Below are positions 60,560-64,000 of a stretch of 64,000 nucleotides of DNA, one piece after another. The notes under the pieces were generated by a model, which worked only from the letters and a program-made list of their open reading frames with translations, had not been told where the DNA came from and did no database searches. The stretch covers positions 33,160-97,159 of the forward strand of contig NZ_JACDNT010000002.1 in NCBI RefSeq assembly GCF_017656475.1. Direction: 5' to 3'. Both the position numbers and the translations under genes were made by a program. Within the stretch, counting starts at the first letter, position 1. Each line of letters begins with the position of its first letter. Source of the DNA: Archaeoglobus sp. GTDB lineage: Archaea > Halobacteriota > Archaeoglobi > Archaeoglobales > Archaeoglobaceae.

Positions 60560-61456
60560 TCATTGAACCAAGTGGGTTATGAATTCCGATACCTTCTCTA
60601 CCAAGGTGAACCTGTACTCCTTACTAGCAAATTCAATAACTGGCTGTAAGACGATTTTGACTTTCGTCTTTTCTCCATTCTCAATATGGCTGACCCACCA
60701 CTCGTCGAGCATTTTATTGTCGAGCTTTATTGTATACGTGAGCGTCGCTTCAGACCTTGGCTGTATGGTAGTTTCAACATTACTTGAACCCTCAGAAAAC
60801 TTGATGCCGTTCATATCAACCAAGTAATGGATCTTCATTATCTTAACCGGAACCAAGTTGTCATTGTAGATCGTAGCTGTGGTTATAACCTCAGTGTAGT
60901 TTTCGTTTACTTCCCCCCAGTATGACTTGGTTGACCTGATTGTTAAACCGGCAGGCCCAATGCTAATCTTCTGTGGCTCGTTTGAGCTTAATCCAGCCAG
61001 TATGTCCGTTTCTATCGGGTTGGAAAGCTCGATGGGATATTTGAATTCCGTAACTTTGAGGTCGAAGACCAAGTAGCCTCTTACATTCATCGTTGACTTC
61101 TCACCGTTCTTAATGTGTGAAACCCACCACTCTGGTATTTTGTCATTTTCAAGCTTCGTTGAGATGAGTATGGTCGACTCTGAGTTTGCTTTAATTTCAG
61201 CTTTTAAAGCTAAACCCTCCCCCATCTTTATGTTATTCATGTAGACTTCAGTTAAAACGTCTTTTAGCGGTAGCGGAATCGGATTGGGATTATAAACAAC
61301 GATTTTTGTTATTATTTCACTCGTTGAAGTCGTTACTTCTCCCCACTCATGACTTACCCCTCTAATCTCCGGTTGACCAATGGTCAACTCTTGGGAGCAC
61401 CCTGCGATAAGGATTGGAATTAAAAGAGCAATCACCAGTATTCTACTAAACCCCAT
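60560..61456 (-). CDS. Lipoprotein with two LEA_2/WHy domains
   Basis: IAGC lipobox; duplicated WGEV...YNPNP/YNDN...EWWVSHI.NGEK. Confidence 0.85.
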   Translation of the reverse strand: MGFSRILVIALLIPILIAGCSQELTIGQPEIRGVSHEWGEVTTSTSEIITKIVVYNPNPIPLPLKDVLTEVYMNNIKMGEGLALKAEIKANSESTILISTKLENDKIPEWWVSHIKNGEKSTMNVRGYLVFDLKVTEFKYPIELSNPIETDILAGLSSNEPQKISIGPAGLTIRSTKSYWGEVNENYTEVITTATIYNDNLVPVKIMKIHYLVDMNGIKFSEGSSNVETTIQPRSEATLTYTIKLDNKMLDEWWVSHIENGEKTKVKIVLQPVIEFASKEYRFTLVEKVSEFITHLVQ

Positions 61457-61561
61457 GCTTTGGCTTCAGATTTAAAGTCTATATTTTTTCTGAGATTTTT
61501 ACTAACCTAACACCATATACATGTAAAATAAAATTATCAAGAAAAAACAGTATAGACCAAA

Positions 61562-61924
61562 TTAAACTAAAGCCAAAACTCCTGACATAAGTTTTACAAT
61601 AACCTCTATTTCCTTAAAGCCCAGCAGCAACAGGAGGTTGTGGAAAGAGCATACTCCAAGGACGGCTGTAGAGGCTGTCAGGCCCACCACAATCCCAAGA
61701 TGAACTCCTTTATTCAGAGGAAAGTTGAGTTTTCGAGTTGAGAGGACGAGGGCGAAAATTGTGGCTAAGATAGCAACTTTGAGAAGAAGAAATGATGCCG
61801 GTGTCAAGGAGGCTACAAACTCGTTAAGTTCCCGAAATCCCATTTCGATGCCTTTTACTGTGGTGAGGTAATCCGTCAGGTTCACAATTGCGAATGTTGT
61901 TAGCAGTAACTTGATTTTCTTCAT
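61562..61924 (-). CDS. Small membrane protein (DUF5658-like)
   Basis: NLTDYLTT..G...G..ELN motif, hydrophobic. Confidence 0.7.
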   Translation of the reverse strand: MKKIKLLLTTFAIVNLTDYLTTVKGIEMGFRELNEFVASLTPASFLLLKVAILATIFALVLSTRKLNFPLNKGVHLGIVVGLTASTAVLGVCSFHNLLLLLGFKEIEVIVKLMSGVLALV

Positions 61925-62013
61925 TGTACTTACAATATTGAAATTACAATATAACAATTTCTGTTTTGTAAAAGTTTCTTTGTAAAAGTTTTAGGGCATC
62001 AAAGTTTTTATAG

Positions 62014-62910
62014 ATGTCTTCACTCCTTCAAGTGATGGTCATTACAGAGATTGCAGTTCTGCTTTCAGCCCTCGTTCTTGATTTTTTCATTGCAGAACCA
62101 CCCGCATTGCTGCATCCGGTTGTCTGGTTTGGCAAGTTGATATCATTGTTTGAAAAAATCAAGTTCAGCAGGAGAAAAGTAGAAATTCTCTACGGAACTT
62201 TTTGCTGCTTATCAATCATCTCTCTTGCCCTGATACTTGCCTTACTCCCTCTCCCTTACCCAGCAAGTTTTCTCTGGTCTGCGTATCTGCTCTTCTCAGC
62301 TATTTCGATCAGGAGCATGGTGAACCACGCGAAGGCATGCATAGTAAACGGCTTGGACAGGAAAGCGGTTCAAATGATTGTAAGCAGGAATACGGGAGAG
62401 CTGAGCGAGGAGCAGCTTTGTTCTGCCGTCATAGAGTCCGTTGCGGAAAATTACGTTGATGGAGTGGTTGCACCCCTCTTCTATTTCGCAATATTTGGAG
62501 TTGCCGGTGCTGTAGTCTACAGAGCGGTAAACACGTGTGATGCAATGATCGGCTACAGGAAGGGCAGGTACGAGGCTTTTGGAAAGTTTGCTGCCAGATT
62601 GGATGATTTGCTCAACTACATTCCCGCAAGACTTTCGTTAGTCTTCTTTGAGTTTTTGAGGAGGGGAGCGATTATTTACGGTTTGAAGAACAACGTGAAG
62701 CTAAACGGCTGTGCAATTTCTTCCATTTCCTACGTTCTCGGAGCAAAGCTCGAAAAGCCCGGACATTACTCGTTACCGGGCAAAAGTCCGGATGTGAAGG
62801 ACGTTGAGAGGGCAATAAGTGCTTTCATCACCCTCAGTTTGCTTGCCGTAATTTTCACGGTGATCATGACTGCGATCAGGATAGTGTTATTAACAAAGCT
62901 GCAACTCTGA
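62014..62910 (+). CDS. cbiB: Adenosylcobinamide-phosphate synthase CbiB/CobD
   Basis: HPVVWFG, IVSR, IESVAEN.VDG..APLFY, YRAVNT.DAMIGY, ARLDD..NYIPAR. Confidence 0.92.
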   Translation: MSSLLQVMVITEIAVLLSALVLDFFIAEPPALLHPVVWFGKLISLFEKIKFSRRKVEILYGTFCCLSIISLALILALLPLPYPASFLWSAYLLFSAISIRSMVNHAKACIVNGLDRKAVQMIVSRNTGELSEEQLCSAVIESVAENYVDGVVAPLFYFAIFGVAGAVVYRAVNTCDAMIGYRKGRYEAFGKFAARLDDLLNYIPARLSLVFFEFLRRGAIIYGLKNNVKLNGCAISSISYVLGAKLEKPGHYSLPGKSPDVKDVERAISAFITLSLLAVIFTVIMTAIRIVLLTKLQL

Positions 62911-62915
62911 AACCA

Positions 62916-64000
62916 ATGAACTGCAGCGCCTGCGATGGCAAGGGGTATGTAGAGATCGAAAAGGATTGCGAGATTTGCGGTGGAACCGGGAAGGCAAAGA
63001 GCTTCGACCCGAAGATAACTGCTGAGCTATCCGATGAGCAGATAAAGATGTTCATGAACGGTGTGTGTGGAGTATGCAGAGGAACGGGGAAGGTAAAAAT
63101 CATGGAGGTCTGCAAGGAGTGCAAAGGCACGGGAAAGGCGGGAAGATGCAAAATTTGCGGAGAAAGAGTTATTGGCAACCACGATCTCTGCAGCAGGTGC
63201 AGGAGACAGCCGCACGCTTACAGGCTGAAAAACAGTTGCGGGATTGAAGATGTCAGAATAAACAGAGTTTACGTCGGTACGGTCTCGGCTGTTACGGATA
63301 TAGGCGTCTTCGTCAATCTAAACAAGAGGTTGAGGGGGCTAATTCACAGAAAGAACCTGGGAAACAACAGGTTTTCTGAGGACGAGGAAGTTCTGGTTCA
63401 GGTGAGCGGGATAGGGTTCAGCGGAGAGATCGATCTGAAGCCGGTCAAAATGGACGATTACAAGGTGGTGGAGATATCAAAAGAGGTGGAGAGAGTTGAG
63501 ATTTCGGATCTTGAGAAATACATAGGAAAGATGGTTGAGGTTAGGGGGCTGGTTACGCACATCAAGGTGACTGGAGGGCCAACAATTTTCACACTGCTTG
63601 ACGGTAAGGCAAGTGTGCAGGCTGCTGCATTCGAAGGGGGCGAGAGGGCGTATCCTGAGGTTGGAGTTGATGACGTAGTAAGAATAATAGGGATAGTCAA
63701 AAAGAGGGACACCAAGTTCCAGATTGAAATTCTTGAGATGGAGAAGCTTTTGGGAGAGGACGCTTACGAGATAAGGAAGAGAGTCGAGGCTGAGATTGAG
63801 AGAGCCTGTGAGCCTGATTTCAAAGGTTTCCTGATCGAGAGCGATGTTCTTGAGGCACTGAAGGAGGACATGATGAGTGTTGCCAAAGAGCTGAAGAAAG
63901 CAATCTACGAGTCGAGGCCAGTGATAATCAGGCATCACTGGGATGCAGACGGTACTTGCGGAGGTGTGGCTCTGGAGAAGGCCCTCATCGACCTGGTTGA
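62916..64000 (+). CDS. Archaeal RecJ-like DHH protein with DnaJ-type Zn finger and S1/OB folds; 3' end runs off the window
   Basis: Not in the ORF track; manual translation shows four CxxCxGxG repeats, S1 GVFVNL, OB TGGPTIFT...AAF...RAYP, and RHHWDADG. Confidence 0.88.
   Translation, partial: MNCSACDGKGYVEIEKDCEICGGTGKAKSFDPKITAELSDEQIKMFMNGVCGVCRGTGKVKIMEVCKECKGTGKAGRCKICGERVIGNHDLCSRCRRQPHAYRLKNSCGIEDVRINRVYVGTVSAVTDIGVFVNLNKRLRGLIHRKNLGNNRFSEDEEVLVQVSGIGFSGEIDLKPVKMDDYKVVEISKEVERVEISDLEKYIGKMVEVRGLVTHIKVTGGPTIFTLLDGKASVQAAAFEGGERAYPEVGVDDVVRIIGIVKKRDTKFQIEILEMEKLLGEDAYEIRKRVEAEIERACEPDFKGFLIESDVLEALKEDMMSVAKELKKAIYESRPVIIRHHWDADGTCGGVALEKALIDLV

Noticed and set aside
1-64000. CRISPR arrays, tRNA/rRNA, IS elements, integrases, defence systems
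   Set aside because: None seen; intergenic gaps are short and AT-rich, and the only long tandem repeat is the coding Thr linker

Overview
A 64-kb, gene-dense chromosomal segment from a hyperthermophilic euryarchaeon, most likely Archaeoglobaceae. This rests on archaeal TATA/BRE promoters, GGAGGTGA-type SD sites, aIF1, EF-1alpha, S10, L44e/S27e, Top6A, GINS, CofD and a PGF-CTERM protein; from memory, the gene order resembles Archaeoglobus fulgidus. Most content is housekeeping: glyS, cofD, aspS, pyrF, two moeA, ilvE, hom, tuf, rps10, rnz, top6A, surE, rpiA, glnA, leuA/cimA, sucCD, apgM, cbiB and a RecJ-like gene. I found no rRNA, tRNA, CRISPR array or transposase. I read five CDSs that are missing from the ORF track directly from the sequence: a secreted protein at <1..1242, a ferredoxin, a 51-aa ORF, rps27e and the RecJ-like gene at the right edge. 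Most notable: (1) a cell-envelope locus with a 968-aa PGF-CTERM S-layer-like glycoprotein, a hairpin/uORF leader, two paralogous membrane-anchored stalk-like proteins, and a domain-deleted paralog at the window start; (2) an acyl-CoA catabolic operon whose two thiolase-fold proteins lack the catalytic Cys/His and pair with two DUF35 proteins, as in actinobacterial Ltp3/Ltp4 retro-aldolases; (3) a lipase, a glycerol-kinase-like gene and a GlpA-like gene suggesting glycerolipid salvage; (4) an orphan DsrT-like gene; (5) several structured or palindromic intergenic elements. All homology calls come from motif recognition, not database searches.
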